From: Candidatus Spongiihabitans sp.
GTDB lineage: Bacteria > Pseudomonadota > Gammaproteobacteria > Arenicellales > Poriferihabitantaceae
Direction of reading: 5' to 3'
Assembly: GCA_965206355.1 (NCBI GenBank)
Contig: OZ242212.1
Location: forward strand, 2,096,271 to 2,160,270
DNA: 64,000 nt
Numbering within the stretch: the stretch's first letter is position 1; each line of letters begins with the position of its first letter. Position numbers and translations under genes: made by a program. Below the pieces are notes generated by a model. It did no database searches, was not told the origin of the DNA, and saw only the letters and a list, made by a program, of their open reading frames with translations. Positions 51,169 through 61,676 of the stretch are shown here, piece by piece.

Positions 51169-51366
51169 GTGGGCGTTATTGGACATTGGCTTGTGTTGAA
51201 TGGTGTATTGGTGGGTGTCTTGTCTTCGATACTGTCTTGGAAAGAGCCCAATCAGCTTGTATTATACGAGCTGGCGGTGTTGAAAAACCCTCACCCGGCC
51301 TAAAAATTTCGTGTCCTGTTTGTCCATTAGTTCATGCTACATTTTTCACGCTATATCTTTAATGCC

Positions 51367-52671
51367 ATGTTTGAAAATGACGATAAACCAATAACATCCT
51401 ATTACCAACATACGGCTAACGGTCAAATTGATGCACCACAATTACAACAGCATATCAAAGCAGATGTGGTTGTTATTGGCGGTGGCTTGAGCGGTTGTTC
51501 CACTGCCTTGCATCTGGCATCAAGTGGCGTGGATGTGGCAGTGCTTGAGTCGCGTCAGTTTGGATGGGGTGCCTCCGGGCGCAGTGGCGGGCAAATTATC
51601 AATGGCTTCTCGATCAGTCAAGATGTCTTGGAAAAACAGCTCGGTATGGAACATGCCAAACAGCTTTGGCAACACTCGGTATATGCGGTGGACTATACCC
51701 GACAGTTAATCAAAACCCACAATATAGATTGCGATCTGACTATGGGCTATTTACATGTGGGGGTAAAACCACGTCATGCCAAAGCGTTACGATGCTGGGT
51801 CGAGCAGTTGTCCAGGACCTACGACTACACGTCGATGCAATACCACAATCAAAACCAGTTGACGGAGTTTCTTGCTTCTGAGCGCTATCAGGGTGGTGTA
51901 TCCGATTCGGGTAGTGGTCATCTACATCCGCTGAATTATTGTTTGGGTATTGCCAAAGCGGCTGAGGATGCGGGCGCAAGATTGTGGCAGCACTCCGCCG
52001 TGGTTAAAGTGGCAACAACGGCGACTGGCAAAGTCGTTGATGTCGTTAATCAAGATGGTGGCAACGGCAAAATAAATTGTCAGCATGTGGTTTATGCTTG
52101 CAATGCCTATCTCAATAAACTGGCACCGAAAATCGGCAATAAAATAATGCCAGTGGGAACCTATATGGTCGCGACAGAACCGTTGCAAGAAGACCTTGCC
52201 TTAGGCTTGATTTCCAACCGCGCCGCAGTTGCCGATAACAATTTTGTGTTGGACTATTATCGTTTATCCGCCGACAACCGTATGTTGTTTGGTGGGCGGG
52301 TCAGCTACTCAACATTACAACCCCGAAAACTTACCCACTCATTGCGTCACCGCATGCTCAGCGTGTTCCCGCAATTACAGGGCGTGAACATTGATTTTTC
52401 ATGGGGCGGTTATGTGGCGATTACCCGAAACCGTGCGCCCGATATTGGGCAGATGGATGACGGCAGTTGGTTTGCGCAAGGCTATTCCGGGCATGGTATG
52501 GCATTGAGCGGATACATCGGAAAATTACTTGCTCAGGCGATTTTGGGCGATCGGGAAGGGATGGCTTGTTTTGAAAAAATACCGCACAAAACCTTCGTGG
52601 GTGGCAAGATTTTGCGTATGCCAGCACTGGTGGCAGCGATGAGTTATTATAAATTGAAAGATTATTTTTAG
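51367..52671 (+). CDS. FAD-dependent oxidoreductase (DAO family, gamma-glutamylputrescine oxidase-like)
   Basis: Dinucleotide-binding VVVIGGGLSGCSTALHLA..G..V.VLE; about 434 aa from ATG 51367 (ORF open from 51334). Confidence 0.75.
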   Translation: MFENDDKPITSYYQHTANGQIDAPQLQQHIKADVVVIGGGLSGCSTALHLASSGVDVAVLESRQFGWGASGRSGGQIINGFSISQDVLEKQLGMEHAKQLWQHSVYAVDYTRQLIKTHNIDCDLTMGYLHVGVKPRHAKALRCWVEQLSRTYDYTSMQYHNQNQLTEFLASERYQGGVSDSGSGHLHPLNYCLGIAKAAEDAGARLWQHSAVVKVATTATGKVVDVVNQDGGNGKINCQHVVYACNAYLNKLAPKIGNKIMPVGTYMVATEPLQEDLALGLISNRAAVADNNFVLDYYRLSADNRMLFGGRVSYSTLQPRKLTHSLRHRMLSVFPQLQGVNIDFSWGGYVAITRNRAPDIGQMDDGSWFAQGYSGHGMALSGYIGKLLAQAILGDREGMACFEKIPHKTFVGGKILRMPALVAAMSYYKLKDYF

Positions 52672-52673
52672 AT

Positions 52674-52812
52674 GAGACCTTTGCACGGAAGATGGTTTCG
52701 CTTTCAGGCAAGGCAAAAACGCACGGAATGAGGGAGTTTATGCTTATAAATGACCGATTGAGTACGTTTTTAACACAGCATGCAGGTGAAACGGCTTTCG
52801 TGCAAAGGTCTC
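52674..52812 (+). mobile_element. MITE copy 11 (139 bp)
   Basis: 5-bp TSD TAGAT; the left TSD copy contains the stop codon of the preceding gene. Confidence 0.95.
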
Positions 52813-52863
52813 TAGATGTCACCGTTGTCCATAAACAAAGCATTCATAAATAAAGCACAGGCT

Positions 52864-53796
52864 ATGTCAGCGCAGGTAAGACTCCAGATCGTTGAGCGCG
52901 AGGAAGATGGGCAGCGGGTTGATAATTTTTTGATAAAAACGCTGAAAGGAGTACCCAAGAGTAGAATCTATAAAGCGGTGCGTAGTGGGGAAGTGCGGGT
53001 CAATGGCTCGAGAATAAAGGTGTCGCATAAGCTGAAGTCCGGAGATAAAGTACGCATACCACCAATTCGCCATGCCCAAACCAACCAGCCAGCGGTGATT
53101 CCCCCGAATCTGCTACAGCATATTCCAGTGCTTTTTGAGGATCAGCATTTACTGCTGGTTGACAAACCAGCGGGGCTGGCAGTACATGGTGGTACGGGTA
53201 TGTCATATGGATTGATTGAAGCGTTCCGGCAACTGCGACCGCACATTCAGTTTCTTGAACTGATACATCGCCTGGATCGGGAAACTTCAGGATGCCTGAT
53301 GTTGGCGAAGAGCAGACAAGCGTTGCTGGCAGTGCAGCAACAACTCGGTGAGGACAGAACGGTGGGCAAATATTATCTGGCATTGGTGCAAGGTGTGTGG
53401 AAGGGAGGAAGCAAAACGGTTAATTTATCTCTTGCCAGAAAGCGCGAAGCAGGCAAGGATAAACGCTCGGTGGTTGATGGCAATGGTCAGCAGGCGAGCA
53501 GTAAAATTTCTCTGCTAACACGTTATCATGACAGTAGCTTGGTAGAGATTGAACTCAAAACCGGCAGAATGCATCAGGCACGGGTGCATTGCTCCGCCAG
53601 CGGTTATCCTATAGCCGGCGATTACTTATATGGTGAAAGTGCGTTTAATCAGAAAATGAAAAAAGCCGGTCTTGGGCGACTATTTCTGCATTCCCACAAG
53701 CTCACAATACGCCATCCCCTGACCAACACCCCGCTGCATCTGCAAGCGCCATTGCCAGCACGCTTGCTGAGATTGCTTGATAAATTAGCGTGCTGA
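52864..53796 (+). CDS. rluC: 23S rRNA pseudouridine synthase RluC
   Basis: S4 domain (GQRVDNFL...GVPKSRIYKAVRSGEVRVNG) plus HRLDRETSGCLMLAKS catalytic motif; start taken at ATG 52864. Confidence 0.85.
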   Translation: MSAQVRLQIVEREEDGQRVDNFLIKTLKGVPKSRIYKAVRSGEVRVNGSRIKVSHKLKSGDKVRIPPIRHAQTNQPAVIPPNLLQHIPVLFEDQHLLLVDKPAGLAVHGGTGMSYGLIEAFRQLRPHIQFLELIHRLDRETSGCLMLAKSRQALLAVQQQLGEDRTVGKYYLALVQGVWKGGSKTVNLSLARKREAGKDKRSVVDGNGQQASSKISLLTRYHDSSLVEIELKTGRMHQARVHCSASGYPIAGDYLYGESAFNQKMKKAGLGRLFLHSHKLTIRHPLTNTPLHLQAPLPARLLRLLDKLAC

Positions 53797-53944
53797 AATG
53801 AAATAGAGTTGGTTCATCACCGCTGTCTGTGTTAAGGTGTTCGCCTTGTATGGCGTATGTTTTATGAGTAGGTTGGGTAGCAACTGCTGGAAAACGCCGG
53901 AAAAACAATCTGCAGAATCATTGACTTAACCGAGTATAAGAAAA

Positions 53945-55786
53945 ATGCCTGATTACCGATCGTGGACAACAACCCGTGGCAGGACAATGGCAGGGGCGCG
54001 TGCTTTGTGGCGTGCTACGGGTATGACAGAAGATGATTTCAATAAACCCATCATTGCCGTTGCTAATTCATTTACCCAATTTGTGCCCGGACATGTGCAC
54101 TTAAAAGATATGGGGCAACTGGTTGCCCGCGAGATTGAAGCGGTGGGTGGTGTTGCCAAAGAATTTAATACCATTGCCGTTGATGATGGCATTGCTATGG
54201 GACATGGCGGTATGTTGTATTCATTGCCGTCACGGGAAATCATCGCCGATTCGGTGGAATATATGGTCAATGCACATTGTGCTGATGCGCTGGTGTGTAT
54301 TTCTAATTGCGACAAAATTACTCCGGGTATGTTAATGGCAACTATGCGGCTTAACATTCCGGCTATTTTTGTCTCGGGCGGACCTATGGAAGCGGGTAAG
54401 GTGACTTGGCGTGAGCACGAAAAATCGGTGGATTTGGTCGATGCGATGATGGTGGCAGCCGATGATAATGTGAGCGATCTGGAATCTGAAAATATGGAGC
54501 GTTCTGCCTGCCCAACCTGTGGTTCCTGTTCGGGTATGTTTACCGCAAATTCGATGAATTGTTTGACAGAGGCTCTCGGACTTGCTCTGCCCGGGAACGG
54601 CACGCTTGTTGCTACGCATAGTGATCGTGAACAATTATTTCTCGAAGCCGGCAGGTGCATCGTTACCACTACCCGGCGACACTACGAGCAGGATGATTAC
54701 GATGTATTGCCGCGAGCCATCGCTAACTTTGATGCTTTTGAAAATGCAATGTCGCTGGATATTGCGATGGGTGGATCGACCAATACGGTGTTGCACCTGC
54801 TTGCTGCCGCACATGAGGGTAGCATCGCCTTCAGCATGAAAGACATTGATCGCTTGAGTCGTCAGGTACCCAACCTGTGCAAAGTAGCTCCAGCTTCACC
54901 AGACTATCACGTTGAGGATGTGCATCGTGCTGGTGGTGTTATGGCGATACTGGGTGAGCTGGATCGTGCCGGCTTGATAAATGGTCATGCCAAAACTGTC
55001 CATGCTGACAGTATTGGACAAGCGATTGCGCTTTGGGATATTTGCCTGACTGATGACCAGAAACGAAAAGATTTTTTCCGTTCGGCTCCCGGCGGTGTGC
55101 CGACACAGGTGGCGTTCAGTCAAAGCAAACGCTATAAATCTTTGGATATGGATCGGAAAAATGGATGTATTCGTGATCGTGATCACGCCTATAGTCAAGA
55201 CGGTGGGTTGGCTGTTCTGTTTGGTAATCTTGCCGAAGAGGGTTGTATCGTCAAAACTGCCGGAGTCGATGAAAGCATTCTCAAGTTTACCGGTAAAGCC
55301 AGAGTATTTGAGAGTCAAGAAGCTGCCGTTGATGGCATTCTCGGCAATACAATCAAGCCGGGAGATGTGGTGGTGATTCGCTACGAGGGTCCCAGAGGCG
55401 GACCGGGGATGCAGGAAATGCTTTATCCGACCACTTACCTCAAGTCAAAAGGTCTCGGCAAAGTCTGTGCCCTGATTACCGATGGGCGATTTTCTGGAGG
55501 CACTTCCGGACTATCCATTGGTCACGTTTCACCCGAAGCTGCAGAGGGCGGGCTGATTGCATTGATAGAGGAAAATGATGTCATTGAAATAGATATTCCC
55601 AATCGAACTATCCATCTTGCGCTTGCGCCGACAGAGTTGGCGCAACGCCGAAGCGACATGGATGCAAAAGGCGAAGCGGCATGGCAACCCCAGCGTGAGC
55701 GAGTCGTTAGCACGGCACTCAAGGCATACGCACACTTCAGTAGCAGTGCTGCTAAGGGGGCAGTCAGAGATGTTAATCAGCTATAA
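53945..55786 (+). CDS. ilvD: dihydroxy-acid dehydratase
   Basis: [40 protein letters not shown], 613 aa. Confidence 0.95.
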   Translation: MPDYRSWTTTRGRTMAGARALWRATGMTEDDFNKPIIAVANSFTQFVPGHVHLKDMGQLVAREIEAVGGVAKEFNTIAVDDGIAMGHGGMLYSLPSREIIADSVEYMVNAHCADALVCISNCDKITPGMLMATMRLNIPAIFVSGGPMEAGKVTWREHEKSVDLVDAMMVAADDNVSDLESENMERSACPTCGSCSGMFTANSMNCLTEALGLALPGNGTLVATHSDREQLFLEAGRCIVTTTRRHYEQDDYDVLPRAIANFDAFENAMSLDIAMGGSTNTVLHLLAAAHEGSIAFSMKDIDRLSRQVPNLCKVAPASPDYHVEDVHRAGGVMAILGELDRAGLINGHAKTVHADSIGQAIALWDICLTDDQKRKDFFRSAPGGVPTQVAFSQSKRYKSLDMDRKNGCIRDRDHAYSQDGGLAVLFGNLAEEGCIVKTAGVDESILKFTGKARVFESQEAAVDGILGNTIKPGDVVVIRYEGPRGGPGMQEMLYPTTYLKSKGLGKVCALITDGRFSGGTSGLSIGHVSPEAAEGGLIALIEENDVIEIDIPNRTIHLALAPTELAQRRSDMDAKGEAAWQPQRERVVSTALKAYAHFSSSAAKGAVRDVNQL

Positions 55787-55859
55787 GCGGCAACTATAAA
55801 CGGAGTCAGTTTGGGTTAGTAGCTACCACTAAAGCAGATATGTACACATAAGGTTAAAA

Positions 55860-56874
55860 ATGGGTCAACACTCATTATTTGATCATGTTGAAAGGACGTA
55901 TTTGTCGATAGATGATGTGGCAAATCAGCTTGAAGTATCGACTGCATCAGTTAGAAACTGGGTTAAAACTGGCTATCTTCGGCAAACAAATCGCAGTTTG
56001 ATTTCGAAAGAATCTTTTGAGCATTTCAAAAATAACGTGGCTGGTAATGAAAAACTAACAGCCCGGGCGAACAAGTCATTAAAGGACTCCCATGACCATG
56101 AAAAACTACAGAAGGAATTTTATGCTTTGATGAAAGGAAATGGAATTGACTTTGAGCAGACAGGATTACGATACCAAGCATCCCTGTCCAACGCATACAG
56201 AAATAAACAGGGTATATACTATACGCCGACAAATATTACCGAGCGATTCTTCCAGCATTTACCGGATAATTGCTCCGGCTTATCTTTTTGTGATCCTTGT
56301 TGCGGATCTGGAAACTTTATCCTGTCCGCCATAGAGTGCGGCATGAAACCTGAGAATATTTATGGTTATGATGTAGATCCGATTGCCGTAGAGCTGACAA
56401 AAAGAAGAATGCTGGAACGCACTGGATACCAAACAGATAAAATTATCTGTGCTGATTTTCTACAATCAATATTAGAACATGGTTGCATTTGTTTTGATAT
56501 TATTTTTACTAATCCACCATGGGGCAAGAAACTCAACCGAGAACAAAAAGAAATGTACGCTCGTGTATTCGATGCGGGCAACAGTGTGGATACGAGTTCA
56601 TTATTCTTTTTTGGATGCTTGTCGATATTAAAAGAGGACGGATATATAGGGTTCTTATTGCCAGGTGCTTTTTTTAATGTGGCTTCTTTTGAATATGCAC
56701 GTAAAAAAGCATTATCACTAAATATCAAGGCATTAATGGATTTTGGCAAACCGTTTAAGGGATTGCTAACAAAAGCAAAAGGTATTGTTATTCAAAAACA
56801 GGCGGTTGGCGATGAAAATCCTGTTCAGTGTAGGGTAAGGCTTCAATCCATGATTAGGTCGCAAAATTCATTTA
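55860..56874 (+). pseudogene. N-terminal two-thirds of an HTH-fused gamma-class N6-adenine DNA methyltransferase, truncated by IS1595 copy 2
   Basis: HTH-like YLSIDDVANQLEVSTASVRNWVKTGYL; YYTP, motif I DPCCGSGNF, motif IV FTNPPWG; reading frame runs into the IS end at 56875. Confidence 0.75.
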
Positions 56875-57592
56875 GGGGCTGTCCTAGATAACTAGTTTAA
56901 ATGAACTCCAACCCATTGTTTTAATTGAAATAATTGAGATATTGGGTCGCTGTTGTTAAAACGCCACTCGCACTCCTTCAAAAACAGCCCAAAATGCGCC
57001 TTGGGAACACCGTTGAATTTGTGCATATGACGCTTCGCCTGACTCCAAAAGTTCTCAATGCCGTTGATGTGATTCCCCTGCTCCGCGAAGCGTTGGGAAT
57101 GGTTGATGCGGTGGTGCTTGAAATCGCTCACGTCCAGCACATTATAACCGCTCCAACAGTCGGAATAAACGATGCTGTCCGGAACCACTTTACGCTCAAT
57201 AATTGGCATCAAGGTTGCTGAACAGGCATCCGGGATAATCTTGGTGTAAACCCTCCCGCCCCGTTTGAGTAAGCCAAACACCGGGATTTTCCCCGCCGCT
57301 CCCCGACCTCGTTTGCCTTTGCGACCACCGCCAAAATAACTTTCATCGACTTCAATCTCCCCGTCAAAAACCTCATGGCTTTCTTGTTCAAGCTCATATG
57401 CGATAATCTCGCGCAACCGGTGATAAAAATACGCCGATGTGGACTTGTTGATCCCAACCAGCAACGCTGCCGTGCGGGCGGTTGAACCCGACACAAAATG
57501 CTCGATAAGACGACCTTGTTTATAACGGCTTAAACGACTCTTTCTCATTGATCCCATGATAGCACTCTTTCAGTGTTATCTAGGACAGCCCC
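56875..57592 (-). mobile_element. IS1595-family insertion sequence, copy 2 (718 bp, inverted relative to copy 1)
   Basis: Same 18-bp TIRs; transposase protein identical to copy 1 (one synonymous difference, AGT vs AGC). Confidence 0.9.
56892..57557 (-). CDS. IS1595-family transposase
   Basis: 221 aa, identical to the 50143..50808 product. Confidence 0.85.
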   Translation of the reverse strand: MGSMRKSRLSRYKQGRLIEHFVSGSTARTAALLVGINKSTSAYFYHRLREIIAYELEQESHEVFDGEIEVDESYFGGGRKGKRGRGAAGKIPVFGLLKRGGRVYTKIIPDACSATLMPIIERKVVPDSIVYSDCWSGYNVLDVSDFKHHRINHSQRFAEQGNHINGIENFWSQAKRHMHKFNGVPKAHFGLFLKECEWRFNNSDPISQLFQLKQWVGVHLN

Positions 57593-59613
57593 TTACGATT
57601 TTGAGTTTTAATGGTTGTTTTAGCGGTGTCTCTTGTACTTTTCTTTATGGTGCTTTTCTTGATGGCAGTTTTCTTAGCGATTTTCTTGCTGGTTTTCTTG
57701 CCGGTTCTGCTGTCGCTTTTCTTGATGGTTTGGCTGGGGCTCGGTTTTTCCGTGCTGCCAGCTACTTTTTTACTAACTCTTTTACTGACTTTTTTGCTGG
57801 TTTTTTTCGTAACCGTCTTTTTCAACTCACTGCCTGATGGCTTGTCTGCCGTTTTCTTATCTTCGAGGGTTTTACATTCCAGAAAAATTCTGTTTTCACA
57901 GGTACGGCAAATATCCCGATCCAAATAACTAAAGACCGTGCTAATGGCTTCTTCTTTGGAATCAAATATATTATCTTCGCCGATAAAATCTAGATAACCC
58001 CCATCTTTTAGCACTTGACTGGCACTATCTTTTAGTCGATACATATACAGATTACCACCCATCTTTCTTCTTTCGCGGGCTTCAGCAGTTAATAGTTCTG
58101 CGCCACCAACATCAACTTGATTGACCCCTTTGGTCAGCAACAACAGGTGCTTCTGTTGCGGGTAATGTTCTCGATACAAGCGAAACATTTCACCAACATG
58201 CGCTACTGATCCAAAATAGATTGAATCATCCAACCGCAACATCTTTAGCTGCGGACACTCAAGTAACGGTCCTCCAGAACCGAATTTCCGATGTTTTGAA
58301 TCGGGATTGGGAACCCGTGAAATAATTCTCGGGCGGGAGGTTTTTCTGAGATAGATGAGCAATGACAAGATAACGCCGAACAGAATGGCGAATTCGAGCT
58401 TGAAGAAAATGGTGCTCAAGAAAGTAACTGCCATGATCGCCGCCTCTTTTCTGTCGGCACTGAAAATCTTCCTGATTTGCACAAAATCAATGATATCCCA
58501 AGCAACCAGAATCAACAAACCTGCTACCGCCGCTGTCGGTAAATAGGCGATGAGTGGTGCGACCAGCATAAGCAGGGGTATTAGTAACAGACCCGCAAAA
58601 ACTGCCGCTAATGGCGACCTTGCACCCGCTTCATAATTTGCCCCACTACGGTTAAACGAACCAGTCGCCACGTAGGCAGAGAAGAAACTGCCAGCAATAT
58701 TCGACAATCCCTGACCCAGAAATTCTTGATTGCCATGAACGGTCTGTCCGCTTTTAAGCGCAATGGCACGAGAGATAGAAACCGCTTCGGTTAGGGCAAA
58801 CAGGGTCATAGCCAGTGCCAACGGTGCCAGTTCTTGAAACGCATTCGCTGAAAAATTCGGCATTGATAATGGGGGTAATTGTCGAGGCAATGCACCAACC
58901 ATCTGAATACCCGTGTTATCACTGCCGAGTATCAAATTACACATCGCTGCCACCACACTACTAACAACCAGAGCAACAATCATTCCCGGAAATTTTGGCC
59001 ATTTTTTCTTGAGTACAACAACCACAAGCAAAGACGAAAACCCGACCAGTGTGACTAGCGGATGAAACGCGCTCCAATGCGTCCATAGGTACAGCACCGT
59101 CTCATATAAATGCTCTCTGGCAGGAATTTCCAGACCAAGAAAAACTTTACTTTGCTTGGTAGCAATCAACAGTGCTGCTCCGGAAGTAAAGCCGACAATG
59201 ACTGAATGCGATATAAAATTGACCAGTGCGCCGAGCCTGATTGCCCCCATGACAAGCTGGGTAACGCCAACCATAAATGCCAACGTGATGGCAAGAGAAA
59301 CATATTCCGAACTGCCGGGTTCTGCCAATACACTCAATGACGAGAACATAACAATTGACGCCGCCGTGGTCGGACCCGAAACCAGATGCCAAGAAGAACC
59401 AAATAGTGCGGCAATAATAGCAGGCACGATACTTGCATACAGCCCATATTCAGGGGGCATTCCGGCAATGCTGGCGAATGCCACTCCTTGTGGTAAAACG
59501 ATAGCCGCACCGGTCAACCCTGCCAGCAAATCGGCACGCATAGTCTCCTTATCAAGGTGCTGCCCCCAGCGCAGGAACGGAAAAAATTTGCTAACGGAGA
59601 AATTAAAAAACAC
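57580..59613 (-). CDS. SulP-family anion permease with STAS domain and lysine-rich C-terminal tail
   Basis: Sulfate-transporter TM core, STAS region (LLLLTKGVNQVDVGGAELL), then about 95 aa rich in K/T/S. The last 3 codons and the stop come from the IS end. Confidence 0.85.
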   Translation of the reverse strand: MFFNFSVSKFFPFLRWGQHLDKETMRADLLAGLTGAAIVLPQGVAFASIAGMPPEYGLYASIVPAIIAALFGSSWHLVSGPTTAASIVMFSSLSVLAEPGSSEYVSLAITLAFMVGVTQLVMGAIRLGALVNFISHSVIVGFTSGAALLIATKQSKVFLGLEIPAREHLYETVLYLWTHWSAFHPLVTLVGFSSLLVVVVLKKKWPKFPGMIVALVVSSVVAAMCNLILGSDNTGIQMVGALPRQLPPLSMPNFSANAFQELAPLALAMTLFALTEAVSISRAIALKSGQTVHGNQEFLGQGLSNIAGSFFSAYVATGSFNRSGANYEAGARSPLAAVFAGLLLIPLLMLVAPLIAYLPTAAVAGLLILVAWDIIDFVQIRKIFSADRKEAAIMAVTFLSTIFFKLEFAILFGVILSLLIYLRKTSRPRIISRVPNPDSKHRKFGSGGPLLECPQLKMLRLDDSIYFGSVAHVGEMFRLYREHYPQQKHLLLLTKGVNQVDVGGAELLTAEARERRKMGGNLYMYRLKDSASQVLKDGGYLDFIGEDNIFDSKEEAISTVFSYLDRDICRTCENRIFLECKTLEDKKTADKPSGSELKKTVTKKTSKKVSKRVSKKVAGSTEKPSPSQTIKKSDSRTGKKTSKKIAKKTAIKKSTIKKSTRDTAKTTIKTQNRKGLS

Positions 59614-60082
59614 GCCTATTCCTATTAAAAAGTGATTAGCCAGTGTGTACCGACCATAAAATACAACAACATTAAGAACACCGCGATTGGCACAGCTTTA
59701 ATCACTTTCCAGCCGCATTTTCAATAACGCCAAGTCCTTAAACAATAGATTTTTGAACATCAATTATCTCAATGCTGAATTATAGATAACTAACCATTCA
59801 AAGTCTCCCGCCGCAACCAATCCACAACCTTTTTTATTGTCACCTCATGGCAACAGCCCTTTGCCAATGATTTTTCATAGATCGCAGGTTACCTGTGAGC
59901 ACTGGTGCCTCTTCTGACAATGGTTTTTGCATGGTTCACTTCTTTCAGGCGGCTACTTCAATGGCATCCTATTTAATCAAAGCTAACACTTCCGCTAGTA
60001 AAACCGCCATAAAGGTTAATGTGCAAAACGCACAATCTGTAAAAAAAACTGATGATACTTTTGCTATTGCCAATAGACAGAG

Positions 60083-60118
60083 TATAATTTAAGCATAATT
60101 TCAAGCTGTAAGCTATTC
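60083..60118. repeat. 36-bp direct repeat, copy 1
   Basis: TATAATTTAAGCATAATTTCAAGCTGTAAGCTATTC. Confidence 0.9.
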
Positions 60119-60161
60119 TGCATAATCACCAAACCATTTAGATCATCGCTCAAATTCACAA

Positions 60162-60197
60162 TATAATTTAAGCATAATTCCAAGCTGTGAGCTATCC
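60162..60197. repeat. 36-bp direct repeat, copy 2
   Basis: TATAATTTAAGCATAATTCCAAGCTGTGAGCTATCC; 33/36 identical to copy 1; ends 22 nt before ATG 60220. Confidence 0.9.
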
Positions 60198-60219
60198 CGA
60201 ACATTGTTATTACTGAGCC

Positions 60220-61590
60220 ATGCGCGCCTACCCGACAACACGACTGCGTCAACTTGATGCCCAACATCATATCCATCCGTTTACCGACCACGAGGATATG
60301 TATAAAAGTGGCGCACGAATTATCACCCGCGCAGAAAACATTTATATTTACGATAGCGATGGTAAGAAATATCTTGATGCCATGTCGGGATTATGGTGCG
60401 TCAATATCGGTTATGGCAGAACTGAATTAGCGGAAGCGGCAAAGTTGCAGATGGAGCAACTGCCCTACTATAACAGCTTCTTCCAATCAGCACCGTTGCC
60501 GGCTGTGAAACTGGCAGAGGCGCTCGCTGAAGTTACACCCGCACAACTGAACCGTACTTTTTTTGGCTGTTCAGGGTCGGATGGCAACGATACCGTTGTG
60601 CGTTTGGTGCGTTACTTCTGGGCAGTGCAAGATCAGGAAAATCGTAATATCATTATCAGCCGAAACAATGCCTATCACGGTAGCACGATGGCAGGTGCCA
60701 GTCTCGGTGGTATGAACGCCATGCATGCACAAGGGGGGTTACCCATTCCGAATATTGAGCATATTGCCCAACCTTATTTCTATGCTGAAGGCGACAATCT
60801 CAGTCTTGAAGAATTTGGTTTACAGCGCGCTCAAGCACTCGAACAACGCATACTGGAAGTAGGTGCTGATCGTGTTGCGGCATTTATTGCTGAACCGATT
60901 CAAGGCGCGGGCGGAATCATTATCCCACCAGATAATTATTGGCCGGAAATCAATCGCATCTGTCAAAAATATGATGTGTTATTGTGCGCCGATGAAGTTA
61001 TCTGTGGTTTCGGTCGAACTGGCGAGTGGTTTGGTGCGGACACCTTTGGCATTGAAGCCGATGTAATGACGCTGGCAAAAGGATTATCAGCAGGATACCA
61101 ACCGATTGGTGCGGTCATGGTTGCGGATAAAATAACCGATGTTCTCGACAATAAAGGTGGCGAGTTTGCTCATGGTTATACCTATTCCGGTCACCCGGTT
61201 GCCTGTGCGGTGGCATTAAAAAATATTGAAATTCTACGCAATGAACGCATCATTGAGACTGCACGCGACAACACCATGGATTATTTTCAATCCACAGTTG
61301 CGACACTGGGACAACATCCTTTGGTCGGCGAAGCGCGTGGCAAGGGCTTTCTGGGTGCGCTGGAACTGGTTGCAGATAAAGACAGCAAACAGCGCTTTGG
61401 TGAGGAGGGCAGTGCCGGAGCGATCTGTCGGAAAATGTGTCTGAAAAACGGTTTGGTTATGCGCGCCGTGAAGGATATAATGCTGATATGCCCGCCTCTG
61501 GTTATCAGCAAAGAACAAATCGACGAACTCTGCGAACGTGCGTGGCAGAGTCTAGACCAATCATTAGTTGCACTGAAAAAGTCGGCTTAA
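60220..61590 (+). CDS. class III (omega) aminotransferase, amine:pyruvate type
   Basis: 456 aa; GLWCVNIGYGR, AYHGST, DEVICGFGRTG, TLAKGLSAGY (PLP lysine) motifs. Confidence 0.85.
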   Translation: MRAYPTTRLRQLDAQHHIHPFTDHEDMYKSGARIITRAENIYIYDSDGKKYLDAMSGLWCVNIGYGRTELAEAAKLQMEQLPYYNSFFQSAPLPAVKLAEALAEVTPAQLNRTFFGCSGSDGNDTVVRLVRYFWAVQDQENRNIIISRNNAYHGSTMAGASLGGMNAMHAQGGLPIPNIEHIAQPYFYAEGDNLSLEEFGLQRAQALEQRILEVGADRVAAFIAEPIQGAGGIIIPPDNYWPEINRICQKYDVLLCADEVICGFGRTGEWFGADTFGIEADVMTLAKGLSAGYQPIGAVMVADKITDVLDNKGGEFAHGYTYSGHPVACAVALKNIEILRNERIIETARDNTMDYFQSTVATLGQHPLVGEARGKGFLGALELVADKDSKQRFGEEGSAGAICRKMCLKNGLVMRAVKDIMLICPPLVISKEQIDELCERAWQSLDQSLVALKKSA

Positions 61591-61676
61591 TTGAAACTGA
61601 CTGTTTGTAGCGACCAAGCGACTGCACTAAACCAGCAACCCTATCTGAACGCGACTCGACCATCCCGACAAAATAA

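Noticed and set aside
53953-54669. 238-aa minus-strand ORF
   Set aside because: It lies entirely antisense within ilvD, whose product is unambiguous.
56863-56874. Joining the methyltransferase fragments directly across the IS keeps the frame (..SF + KEKLVY..), tempting a claim of precise insertion
   Set aside because: No target-site duplication flanks this IS copy, and a domain segment expected between the fragments appears to be missing. The in-frame junction is most simply a 1-in-3 coincidence after an IS-associated deletion.
59775-59800. GCTGAATTATAGATAACTAACC, resembling an IS1595 end (solo TIR)
   Set aside because: Only the TAGATAACTA core matches. The GGGGCTGTCC part is absent, so it is too degenerate to call.
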